Of a stretch of DNA of 64,000 nucleotides, positions 52,087 to 64,000 are shown piece after piece; positions within the stretch are counted from its first letter, which is position 1, and each line of letters begins with the position of its first letter. The translations under genes and the position numbers were made by a program. The notes below the pieces were generated by a model. That model was not told where the DNA came from. It did no database searches and was given only the letters and a program-made list of their open reading frames with translations. Origin of the DNA: Octopus vulgaris (lineage: Eukaryota). The stretch spans positions 190,898,001 through 190,962,000 of the forward strand of contig OX597815.1 of assembly GCA_951406725.2 (NCBI GenBank), written 5' to 3'.

Positions 52087-54475
52087 TGCATTGAAAGTGA
52101 AAAGTCAATTTGAATGCAAGATTTTACAGACACAGACTAAATGCTGTAATATATTTAATGTAGCACTCAGCTGGCCTTGCAAACTCACCAACTATCATCA
52201 TCATCACCATCATTTAACATCCATGTTCCATATTGGCATGGATTGAATGGTTCGATAGGATCCAAAGGTTCTAGGGACTACAATGGGGTTTGGTATGATT
52301 TCTACAATTAGATGCCCTTCTTAATGCCACCCACTTTACAGTGTGTACTGGGGGTTTTTCTCATGCTACTAGTACTAGTGAGATCACCATGAAGCTTGCA
52401 ACCCAAGAGGGTGGGACAGAGTAGATTCTAGTTGTAGGGGATCTACATGGTTACTCGCATTTAGGAGAGAGTTTACAGAAGATTCAGTAGTAGCCATAAA
52501 AAGACAAAAGGTGGTGATGAAGTGTCCTGGAGGTACTTCAAGGTATGAGGTGGGTAGAAGTGAGTGGGGAACAGAGAAACTAGGAGTAGGTGGTGCTTTG
52601 TAAGCATGTGGTGGCAGGTGGACAGAGATAGGGGAAATGCCATAAGGAGTGGGTAGGGTTGAAGGTTTGATGTGAGGTTGGGGATTGTTAATGGTGCCTG
52701 AATTAGGGAGGTAGAGTATAGTGGGTGGACAAGAGAGAGATGACATGTTTGTGTAGGCCACAGATGAGGGGAGAGAGAGAATCAGATGTAGTGTATGAGA
52801 ATAGAATTCAGTGGTCCAGTGAGAAGGGTAGAAGATATTAATGTGACATGTGGGCATAGGGGACAATATTAATCCTTTTGGTACCAACCCATCAGAGACT
52901 GCCCCTGGTTTTGTGACTAACCATTTTAAAGTGACCCAAACATGCCATCAAACATCTATGCTAATTTACGTTCCAGACACCAGTTTAATAATTACTAAGT
53001 TATTTCACTAAATTCTTCATTATTTTAAGAATTAGCTGAAACAAAGTTAGAGTATGTCAACAGGAATATGGTAACACATGGGTTAATGGAAAAAAGAACA
53101 TGGTATCGGGAAGGGGTCAGGTGGGTAGTTGCAGTGGGAGAGATGTGGTGGAGGGGAAGGAGCACTAATTGCTAATATCTATTATTAATAAAAATGTTAA
53201 CACACAATAATCTAATAAAATGAACTGAACTGACTGGTCAGGTGATTCAAATGCTGTATGAATAATTGTTTCTAACTTAGGCACAAGATGAAAAATTTTG
53301 AGGGAGACAGGATTAGACAATGAAATCAATCCCAGGACATGTACCAAAATGTGTACCAGTATATGACTGGTAAAATGCTTCATTAACCCTATAAAGGTGT
53401 AAAGCAGAGTGGATGTTAAGAGAATTTGAATTAAGAATATAAAGATCAGGAACAAATTCTACAAGATATGTTGTTTGATTCTCCAGTGATTTTAACAATT
53501 ACCACATCATTTGCTGTATTAATAATGATAGGAATATTAATTTTTTTAAGGGGTCCTGATCTGAAGGTCTTTTTATGTAAAGATATGTTTCTTTATTAGC
53601 CACATAGGGCTGAACATAGAGGGGACAAATTACAAACTAGAGCTTTTCTTTTGGGGGAAGATTTTCGATAAAAAAGGATTGTAAAAAAAAAAAAGAAGGA
53701 AAAAGATCGTGATTTTAGCAATTACCACATTATTTACTTTATTAATAATGACAGGAATATTAATTTTTTTAAGGGGTCTTTATCTGAGAGTCTTTTTATG
53801 CAAAGATAAAAGACTGACAGAATCTTTACAATGCCTTGTAGTACTTAATTACAGCCACTTATGTACTGAATGAAGGCACATAGTTTAGTTGTTAGGGTGT
53901 TGCATTAACCATCATAAGATCATGGCATCAATTTCTGGACCAAACAGTATGTTTTGGTATTGAGCAAAACACTTCAGTTCATGCTGCTCCGATCCATTCA
54001 GCAGTAAATGAATTCCAACAATAGCTGGGGAATTAACCCTGTGATGGATCAGCTTCCCATCCAGGGGTAGGAAGTGTTATAACTTCAGTCACTTATACAC
54101 TGTGGAATATAGGTTTAGCTATGGCCTTATGAGTCTTAGGGCTCCAGACAAACCTAAGCCTTAATGTTTTGAGTTAAAATCCTGCCAAATTCAACTTTGC
54201 TTTTCATCCTTTCTAGCATCGATAAAACAAGTACCTTATATACATTAACACTTGATACAGTCGACTGCACTTTTATTTATAGCATTGTGCAGTTGTCAAA
54301 AATCAATTTTTGGAGATTTTACAAAATTTCTATTTTTTTGGTTGAAAGAAGATTTTTAGTTTGCCATAGTCATTATAGACATCAGAGATACAATCATTTC
54401 TGTGCCTTCTTATCAATACCTAAAGTACTTACAGGTTTGGTGATGCAAAAAGGAAAAATAGAACACAAAACATAA

Positions 54476-54519
<44 letters not shown>

Positions 54520-54646
54520 GCCTATATAATTATCTGTCTATCTGTCTGACTATCTATCTATCCATCTATCTATAAGCTCTACTTTGTATTTTTCCCCTCT
54601 GTGTACAGCCCTGTTTGGCCAATAAAGAAACATATCTATCTATCGA

Positions 54647-54722
<76 letters not shown>

Positions 54723-54782
54723 CCTATCTATCTATTTATCTATCAGCCTACCTACCTACCTGTATTTCTATCTATCCATCTC
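54476..54782. repeat. (TA)n, (TCTG)n and (TATC)n microsatellites
   Basis: Read directly. Confidence 0.95.
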
Positions 54783-56374
54783 CATTGTCTTGAAACCTCA
54801 CCAAGAAAAAGAAAAATCTGTTTTATATAAATAAACAAGCTGTTTGTACATTCACAAAATTTTATTTAACAAGTTCTTGAAAGGAACGAAAGCGCTATTA
54901 ATAATGAAGAAATAAAAGGATTTTTTTCCAAAATTCTGACAACTTTTTTTCTCTCAATATATATATATATATATATTTATTAATATTTAGCAGAAGCAGG
55001 GTAGCGAGCTGGCAGAAACGTTAGCATGCTGGGTGAAACACTTAGCGGTATTTTGTCTGTCTTTACGTTCTGAGTTCAAATTCCGCCAAGGTCAACTTTG
55101 CCTTTCATCAGTTTAGGGTCAATAAATTAAATACCAGTTGCATACTGGTGTCAATCTAATCAACTGGCCTCCTCCCCTAAAATTTTGTGCTTTGTGCCTT
55201 GAGTAGAAACGAATCATTAGCACGCCAGGCAAAATGCTTAGCGGTATTTCATCTGCCTTTATGTTCTGAGTTCAAATTCCACCAAAAAGTCAACTATGCC
55301 TTTTATTCTTTCGGGGACCAATAAAGAAAGTACAAGTTAATCAACTTACCCTCTCCCATGAAATTGCTGGCCTTGTGCTAGAATTTGAAATCAACATTTA
55401 ACAGAAGCAACAGTGTGATTCAAAGGCCAAGAGTCTCAAGTTTGATCAGTAGTAACACATGAAACTCTCAGCCTTTGAGTCACTCTGTTGCTTCTGCTAA
55501 ATATTAACAAAGATATATCGAAGCACTTATCAATCTTTTCTTTTACTTTCAAGCACACTCACCATAAAAGATATGTAAAAAAAATATATAAAGAAAAAAC
55601 CGTCAATCATCTCACATAATTTCTTTTGTGAATTCTAACAAAATTTAGTCTATTATGGTCAGATTAAAGTAAAAATCCCCACAGGATTTCACTTTGCTGG
55701 AGATTATCTTATTGATTTTGGCTGATGAGTGTATAATTTCACATTAACTTTCATAATATATTTCTTACATGTTTCCTATTGTAAGTCTTACAAACTTTCT
55801 ATTGTTGTTCCTATTATTAAAAGTGGTGAAGCGGCAAAAACAGAAATGAGATGAAGACTAAATGCCTTACAGCAACTAGTTTAGTCAGTTTGTTGTGTGT
55901 ATTGAGATAAAATCTTTCAAGAATCAGTTTTGCCTTTTGTTCCTCCAGGGTTGGATAATATAAATACCAAATATATACTGAGGTTGATTTACTTAACTTT
56001 TAGTAATTACCAAACAGTGGAACCTATTGTTAATGCACAAAGCCGAGCAGCTAACAGGTTTCCGTGCCGGTGGCACATAAAAGGCACCATTCGAGCGTGA
56101 TCATTACCAGTGTCGCCTTACTTGGCACCTGTGCCGGTGGCATGTGTAAAAAGATTTGAGTGAGGTCGTTGCCAGTACCACCTGACTGGCCTCTGTGCCA
56201 GTGGCATGTAAAAAGCACCCACTACACTCTCTGAGTGGTTGGCATTAGGAAGGGCATCCAGCTGTAGAAACTCTGCCAGATCAAGATTGAAGCCTGGTGC
56301 AGACATCTGGTTTGCCATCCCTCAGTCAAAATTGTCCAACCCATGCTAGCATGGAAAGCGGACGTTAAACGATG

Positions 56375-56412
<38 letters not shown>

Positions 56413-56440
56413 CATTATTATTATTATCATTATTATTATT

Positions 56441-56741
56441 GCCTTCGCACAGCTTCTAATGCTAGAGATGTACTACAGTGTCAGCTGTTCACTACCAGTG
56501 AACTATGGTAACACCTCTTATTTTTCAAGCACCTTCCGGAGTATTTGGGCGGTTCCAAGCAGTGCAGTTTTCTGCAAGTGCTCCACCCTTATTGCAGCCC
56601 CTATTTGTTCCACGTACTTCTTGAGATTTTTGCTCACTGCTCCCAGGGCTCCGACAATTATTGGTACTACTGCTTCCGTTTTCATCGACCACAACTGCTT
56701 AACTTCCCAAGCTAATCTGTCATATCTCTCAACTTTTCACC
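56441..56741 (-). mobile_element. R4/Dong-clade (RLE-type) non-LTR retrotransposon 3' fragment in an (ATT)n tract
   Basis: Minus frame 56736-56518 reads KVERYDRLAWEVKQLWSMKTEAVVPIIVGALGAVSKNLKKYVEQIGAAIRVEHLQKTALLGTAQILRKVLEK*, the typical R4/Dong C-terminus. (ATT)n lies on both sides. Confidence 0.85.
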
Positions 56742-56779
56742 TATTATTATTATTATTCTATGTTTGACTTTTGCTTTAC

Positions 56780-56810
<31 letters not shown>

Positions 56811-57470
56811 TAATATCATTATTGTATGTAAATGAGGGTAGATGTAGGCCAAACCTCATTTGTTCATAACTTGAAAAAGAAACTTGTAAGCAATTATACA
56901 GCCAATTAAGAATTTTTGCATATAGCATTCAGTGCATTAACTGCTAATTTAATTAAAGATACACTTTTTGTAGACATCTGCTTAAAAAAAAAGGTAAATA
57001 AACCAGCAAAAACAAAACAAGTCATCAATTTTTGCCCTAGCAAAACAGATATTTTTTTCTTGTGCTTGATTTGTCCACTAATATAAATCTATCATGACAG
57101 CCTGACAGATTAAAAATGGTGAATGTGAACACAAGGAAAGAATGGTAATTAGTGAAAAAGAACAAAAGGATAGAAGTTGTGCTATTAACCTTCTCTTTGA
57201 CTCTAGACAAGTATTTGTCCATGTGAACAGCAGTTGACAACTTAACCTGCTGGTTGTGAAAGTACATGACTTAGAGGTATTCAGCCGAGCCAGCAGCATG
57301 TTGTGTCCTTAAGCAAGACTCTTGATTTCACATTACTTCAGTTCACCCAGCTAGTGAAAATGAGTATCAACTGTATTTCAAAAAGCCAGCTTTGTCACAT
57401 TGAATGTCACGCTGAATCTTCCTGAGAACTACATTAAGGTTACACGCGACTGTGGAGCACTCGGTCACTT

Positions 57471-57664
57471 ACTCTTTTACTCTTTGATTTTGTTTTAGTC
57501 ATTTGAGTGTGGCCATGCTGGAGCACTGCCCTTAAGTCAAGCAAATAAACCCCAGAACTTGTTCTTTTTAAGCCTAGTACTTATTCTCTTTTGCCAAACT
57601 GCTAGGTTACAGGGACATAGACACACCGACATACACACACACAAACATACAGACACACAAACAT

Positions 57665-57695
<31 letters not shown>

Positions 57696-57782
57696 CATAC
57701 ATATATATATAATAATGTAATATGTAATATGTGACAATTATTCGGTAGCCAAGATAAAAGTTTTATCAAATATATATATATA

Positions 57783-57849
<67 letters not shown>

Positions 57850-57995
57850 GACAGGTTTCTTTTAGTTTCCATCTACCAAATCCACTCACAAGGCTTTGGT
57901 CAGAAGACACTTGCCGAAGTTGCCACACAGTGGGACTGAACCCAGAACCATGTGGTTGGTAAGCATGTTACTTACCACACAGCCACTCCTGCACC
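57471..57995 (-). mobile_element. Family A SINE nested in a family E SINE
   Basis: The E consensus …CACTT|GCACATTAATTTC is split by the A element. Confidence 0.83.
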
Positions 57996-58271
57996 TTGCA
58001 CATTAATTTCACGAGCAGGCTGCTCTATTGATCGGATCAATTGAAACACTTGTTGTTATAACTGACAGATTTCCAGTTATAACTTGCTGCAACAACACTC
58101 ATGTAAAGAGGATGCAGCTGCACCATCAGTTAGAATATTTCAACAATGTTCTAAAGTGAGTTGAGCATCCAAACGCAATGATGTTGTTGTTCTAATCACT
58201 GTTTAGCTCCAGACCAATACTGACTGAACTGACCAATGATCAAAGGCATTGCAGCTTTAACAACCTCATCT

Positions 58272-58658
58272 TACTCTTTTACTCTTTTACTTGTTTCAGT
58301 CATTTGATTGCGGCCATGCTGGAGCACCGCCTTTAATCGAGCAACTCGACCCCGGGACTTATTCTTTGTAAGCCCAGTACTTATTCTATCAGTCTCTTTT
58401 GCTGAACCGCTAAGTGACGGAGACATAAACACACTAGCATCGGTTGTTAAGCAATGCTAGGGGGACAAACACAGACACACAAACACACACATACATATAT
58501 ATATACGACGGACTTCTTTCAGTTTCCGTCTACCAAATCCACTCACAAGGCTTTGGTCGGCCTGAGGCTATAGTAGAAGACACTTGCCCAAGATGCCACG
58601 CAGTGGGACTGAACCCGGAACCATGTGGTTGGTAAACAAGCTACTTACCACACAGCCA
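58272..58658 (-). mobile_element. Family A SINE
   Basis: Near-full consensus in reverse orientation. Confidence 0.87.
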
Positions 58659-60518
58659 TGGCTATATTAAAGAATATGTCTTTCCAGCTCTAAAAGGGAA
58701 ATCTGGCTGCTATTTCTAGCAGGCTGAGCAATTTCATAGATGTTCTCTCATTAGCTTGTTGAACATAAGTTAAACAACAGAGGAGTATTGGGCCTCATGG
58801 AGGCAAGGATCAAGAACTTTTGGCATTATGCCGGGCTTTGAGCATCGGGCCTCCCAGAGGTAATGTTTGAGTCCGTTTGGCATTATGTCATGCTTGAGAA
58901 GAAGACCCATCAAGCCAAGTAAAACCGCAGTCGTGGCAGATACTGGTGTCATGCAAATGGCACCCATGCTGGTGGTACGTAAAAGCACCCATTACACTCT
59001 CGGAGTGGTTGGTGTTAGGAAGGGCATCCAGCTGTAGAAAACCATGCCAAACAGACTGGTGTCCGGTGCAGCCCTTCCAGTTTGCCAGCCCTGGTCAAAC
59101 CCTCTAATTCATGCCAGCATGGACAATGGACATTGAATGATGATAATGATGATGTATGTAAATGAACAGGCAGAATAGGTGCAGGAGTGGCTGTGTGGTA
59201 AGTAGCTTGCTTACCAATCACACACACACACATATACATATATAAAGAGAGAGACAACAAGCCTCTGTCAGTTATAAAGAAGAAAATTCTATATATATAT
59301 ATATCGCATTAATTTTGAACATACTTTAATAAGATGAACAATATACAAAAAGGAAAATAAAGAAAGTCAAATGATATCTCGCTATTAAAATAGGTAATTG
59401 GATGAAAATAGCCAACATGTAAAATGCATGCAATTTGGACATTACAAATTACAAAACAGAAATATGATATTAAAAATGGGACAAATAACTAGAGATAAAA
59501 TGTAGAGATTGGTTTGCAACATAATAAAATTCATTTGATGCTTGGATTCAACTAGTGTTTTTTTTTTGACAGCATGTACAAAACTTTGGTTTCCTATCTG
59601 AAGCTAGCTTATGTTACATATAGCCACAGATTTCATATTAGAAATTTTTTTTAATTTGTTAAGAGAAAAAAGGCATCAGTGTATTTTACAAAGTTTTAAA
59701 TTAGGTTCCACCAAAATAAAGTTTTATCTCTGGGTATTTAACCTGTGAGCAGAGAAAGCACACACACACACACACATATACACACACTTAATTTACCATA
59801 TTTGTTGGCGTGAAAAATACTTGGGCATATTAGTTACATCTTATTTTCAGCAGTGTATATTTAGGAAAAAAAAATTGGTGCATTAAAGCAAATGGGAGGC
59901 TCGACTTTGGATATAAGACCCAGTAGTACTTTTAAGACACTTTTGAAGGTAAAAGTGCGTTTTATATGCTATCAAATATAATATTTATAAAGTGTAGTGC
60001 CAAACATCAGACAGATTATTTGGTAGCAGTATCTCTTTTATATGTAGAGACCCAAAAAGATCTTAATGAATAATCATGCACAAAGGCTGAGCCATCTGTA
60101 GATATTGCTGGATGATAAATAACAGAAAGGGGACAACTTCAAAAGCCACAACTTCCAGCACTTGATTAATATGGCTAATCTGCATTTTGAGTGAAGCATA
60201 AAATAAGAATGAGTTTTAAGGGCTCGCGTATGTTATTAGGTACTTGTTGTTTACCATTTGTTTAACAAGGTTGTCAGTAAAACACAATTCATAGATATGT
60301 GATGAAGGGTAGAAATTATATTTAGGACTACAGATGATTTCCAAAGACCCTATCATCTTAAAAATGAAACACATTGAACAGTGTACAGACATGGTCAAAA
60401 GATTGGAACATAGGTTTGAAAATTAGAATTTTTATATTAAATGCTGAAAGATATATTTAATTTGAAATTATTACTTGGCCAAATGTTTGGAACATCGGTC
60501 TGAAAATTAGCATTATTA

Positions 60519-61069
60519 TTGGGTTGTCCGGAAAGTTCGTGACGATTTATAGTAGCTTACCTTTTGACTTATTTGAGAACATGGTTGAGTCCATAAAATA
60601 GGATTTGACTACACCTCCATTTAGAGCACAGTTTAAGCTATCTTTTCGAGGAAGAAGGTTTATGTTCCTATAACCTGTGTTAATTCTATAACCCTTTAAA
60701 ATGGAAGATAAGAAAGTTCATTTTCAGCACTTGATGCTTTGGGAACCAGACAAAAATTGCTGCAGCTCGGCTGGGATGTGTTACCCCACCCTCCATATTC
60801 ACCAGATATTGCTCCTTCAGATTTCCACTTATTCAGGTCTCTGCAGAATAGCCGTAATGGTAAAAATTTCAATTCCTTGGATAACGTAAAAATTCTTTGC
60901 CATGAAACCACTTCAATTCTGGGAAGAGGTTATTTTCAAGTTAAAGGAAGGATGGAGATGCATTGTGCAACAAATGGTTCATATTTGGTTGATTAAAAAT
61001 GTAAAGGCAAGTATTTATTGGCCTTTTTCTTTCCTTTAAAAACTGGCACAAACTTTCTGGACAACCCAA
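60519..61069 (+). mobile_element. Mariner internal-deletion derivative, second copy
   Basis: TA|TTGGGTTGTCCGGAAAGTTCGTG … CACAAACTTTCTGGACAACCCAA|TA. N-terminal MEDKKVHFQHLML is joined out of frame to the PHPPYSPDIAPSD C-terminus. Confidence 0.92.
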
Positions 61070-61403
61070 TATATTAAATGCCCAAATATGTATATTGTAC
61101 ATATTTGAATCAATTTGTACTTAGGCATAACAACTTTGATTTTTAAAAATATGTTCCAAACTATTGGTGATGACTGTAGTATAGACAAACTGCATCAGAA
61201 AATAATTTAATAAATAAACAGGTTAGTCTCACAGCAGGAATTCCTTTCATAATACATCTACCAGCCAAGGCTGACTTGAAGGACTATACCAGAGACATAG
61301 CCAGGTTCTAAGGTTAGGATGAGTGAGCACATAAGAAAAAGGTGCCATGACACATACCAAACAATTTTTAACTCTTTGCACAAAATTATTTCATTGGTAT
61401 ATA

Positions 61404-61792
61404 AACGCAGGAGTGGCTGTGTGGTAAGTAGCTTGCTTACCAACAACATGGTTCCAGGTTCAGTTCCACTGTGTGGCACCTTGAGTAAGTGTCTTCTACT
61501 ATAGCCACAGGCCGACCAAAGTCTTGTGAGTGGATTTGATAGACAGAAACTGAAAGAAGCCCATTGTACATCTATGTTTGTGTGTGTGTGTGTGTGTGTT
61601 TATGTGTCTGTGTTTGTCACCCCACCATTGATTGACAACCGATGTTGGTGTGTTTACATCCCTGTAACTTAGCAGTTCGGCAAGAGAGACCGATAGGATA
61701 AGCACTAGGCTTAACAAAGAATAAGTCCTGGGGTCGATTTGTTCAGCTAAAGGCGGTGCTCCAGCATGGCCACAATCAAACGAATAAAAGAA
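61404..61792 (+). mobile_element. Family A SINE about 240 bp from the F-box exon donor
   Basis: Full consensus. Confidence 0.85.
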
Positions 61793-62031
61793 AGCTATAA
61801 TATATGTAATTGTATTCTACATTCCTTAATTTCATGTTTCAGTAACAATGTCGTTATGTATGGAACTTACAACTACTGGCTTAGGTAACCAAAGAGTTGA
61901 AAACGTTGTTCAAGGAGAGAGGCACATCTCTTGCTCCCCTATTAGCTATGCCACAAGACTAAACAACAACAACAACAATAAAAGAAGATCCGATCTTGAT
62001 TAATTTAAAATGAAAAAAAGTATATACTCAC

Positions 62032-62512
62032 CAATCAAATGAAGAACTTCCAGAGATGATAAACAGCTATAAATCCTTCGCATAAATCCCTCCAAAAAGA
62101 TTACCTCGGATAAACAGATGCAGAGACTTCGAAGGTTACAAGGAAAGGCGTTCAAATCATTGAAGTCATGTAATTGCATTGCATTTGAAAAATCAAGTGT
62201 CATGTACTTGAGGTTAGGACACTTATTGGCAAGGTCATGCAAGACAGGGGACGTGATCAGTTCACAGGGAAGCTCAATATATCGGAGAGTTGAACCGAAA
62301 CGGATGTTTATTAAAGCCAGCAGCGTTTCAGTATTATTCACATGCAGACCGGAGAATTCAGGACGCAAGGACACCGCCTGCCACAGTCGACTGTCGTATG
62401 CGATAAGACGCCAACGTTTGCACACACGTGCGATTTTCCCAAGTTCTCGATGCTTGAGAAACGAAAATATCTGCAAGAGGATTTTATCTGGCATCTCATT
62501 GATCAAGACGCT
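62032..62512 (-). CDS. Coding exon of an F-box/LRR-repeat protein (SCF substrate receptor, FBXL class; FipoQ-like), containing the F-box and first LRRs
   Basis: Translation SVLINEMPDKILLQIFSFLKHRELGKIARVCKRWRLIAYDSRLW matches the F-box consensus (LPxEILxxIFSYL…L…ARVCKRWxxl). It is followed by LRR-like segments (LANKCPNLKYMTLDF, CNLRSLCICL, SSLEVLHL). Minus-strand acceptor ttatttccAG|AGC (exon starts 62512, phase 0) and donor ATTG|GTGAGT (exon ends 62032, phase 1). Length 481 nt. The FipoQ resemblance is recalled, not searched. Confidence 0.93.
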
Positions 62513-62671
62513 CTGGAAATAAATCACAAGCATCATAAATTAAGTATGAAAACAACGGATAGGAAATTTAGTAATTTCTTGACATTTATTTCGGTATACT
62601 AAAACAAAGCAAAATAAATAATAAAACTTACCCTTGGATGTGTGTGTGTGCATGTGTGAGTGTGTGTGTGC

Positions 62672-62725
<54 letters not shown>

Positions 62726-64000
62726 ACGTGTGCAAGAAATTTTATCTTATTATATTTAAAATGTTGATTTTTGTTTGTACATCACAAAACAAATTTCATT
62801 TTAGTTAAACCAAAAAAAGTTGTACGACTGGAAAAAATAGATAAGACGAACACAAATGATTCATTAAATTTAGCAGTTTTATACTGTCTCCTACTTTTGT
62901 GTCACAACCAAAACTTAAAGGATAAAAAACAGTGGTTCTGTTGATGCACCATTTTATAGGAAACAGATCATAAAGGAGTTTATAAAAAAAATGTACAAGA
63001 TCATCCATTTTTTTATGCACAGCAAAAAATAGAAAGAAGAAAATATTAATGTAGATAAACATTAAAAATCAAATTATATTTCATATTAGATTTCTTTGTA
63101 AAATATTGTGAAACTAAATTTGAAGTGCCTAAAATCTTATCAATTTTTTTCAATATTGATTTCAGAGAAAACTTCTTTAAACACAAATACAATAAAATTT
63201 CTGGGTAGAGAAAAGACATTGTCCTCATTTTTCAAATGTGCCAAGAATTTATTTTTATATATTTCCCATTTAATAGTCTGTAATTTAGTTAAACACAACA
63301 TATTCAATGAAATGAAATTTATTCTAAACTGTAAACCCAGGAGGTATTTTGGTTTACATAATCATCTTTGCATAACAATAGTTGATATAAATGTTGGTTG
63401 GTTGATTGGTTGATTTCCCTAGTCATGCTTTACACTGTACAGAGAGGAGGGGAAAAGAATAAAAGGGAGATACAAAGAGAATTCACATGAGCGCAGAAAG
63501 AGTGTCTTATGACTTTCTGAAAAATACACATTTTTTAATAGAATTTTGCAGAGATAGATTTCCAATGGAGTAGACTGCAATTATATTGGTGAAATTTAAA
63601 AAGTACTAGCATGAACTGGCACTTTGTCAGTTATGAAGACAAGTGTTCCAGCTCATCCATTAAAGGAACAGTCTGCTCATGAAATTAACATGCAAGCGGC
63701 TGAGTATTCCACAGACATATGTGGGATTCAATGTAACACAGACTTCAACAAGTCTGGCTCTTTGAAATACAAGTACTGTTCGTTTTTGGCAGCTGGGTGG
63801 ACTGGAGTAACATGAACTAAAGTGTCTTGCTCAAGAACACAAAATGCCGCCAGGAATCAAACACAAAACTTTATGATTGTAAGCCAAATACTTTAACCAC
63901 TAAGCTATGTAACCTTCGCATACTGGCATTCTTTTATTTGCTTCAGTCATTTGACTGCGACCATGCTGGAGTACCACCTTTAGTCAACTCCAGGAAATAT

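Noticed and set aside
52384-52887. 167-aa Pro/Ser-rich minus-strand ORF as an extra exon
   Set aside because: It is low-complexity purine-rich sequence, starts inside a MITE end, and shows no LRR pattern. The flanking exons already join in frame.
62118-62602. Plus-strand ORFs of 134 and 86 aa
   Set aside because: They are antisense shadows of the F-box exon.

Overview
This is AT-rich, microsatellite- and transposon-dense animal DNA. The repeat repertoire points to an octopus or other coleoid cephalopod (inference). The window lies inside one minus-strand gene encoding an F-box/leucine-rich-repeat protein, which from memory resembles the Drosophila FipoQ group. Only two coding exons are present: 62032-62512 (F-box plus first LRRs) and 5218-5484 (LRRs). 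They join in frame (…EVLHLIG|TFELSSEAEEENYEV…) across a single GT-AG intron of 56,547 bp. The rest is intronic and holds several tRNA-derived SINE families, a (GAT)n-tailed retroposon with internal ~65-bp hairpin repeats, TTAA (piggyBac-type) MITEs including fixed-linker dimers, mariner and DD37D/maT deletion derivatives, Tigger, hAT, Helitron and Helentron remnants, CR1, RTE and R4/Dong LINE fragments, and simple repeats. The most notable candidates are an HDV-like ribozyme fold (~33.6 kb), a Penelope-type minimal hammerhead (~44.5 kb), recurrent locally templated insertions, composite MITE dimers and near-perfect inverted repeats beside an exon. No prokaryotic system or CRISPR array is supported. 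Nearly all other listed ORFs are repeat-derived noise.
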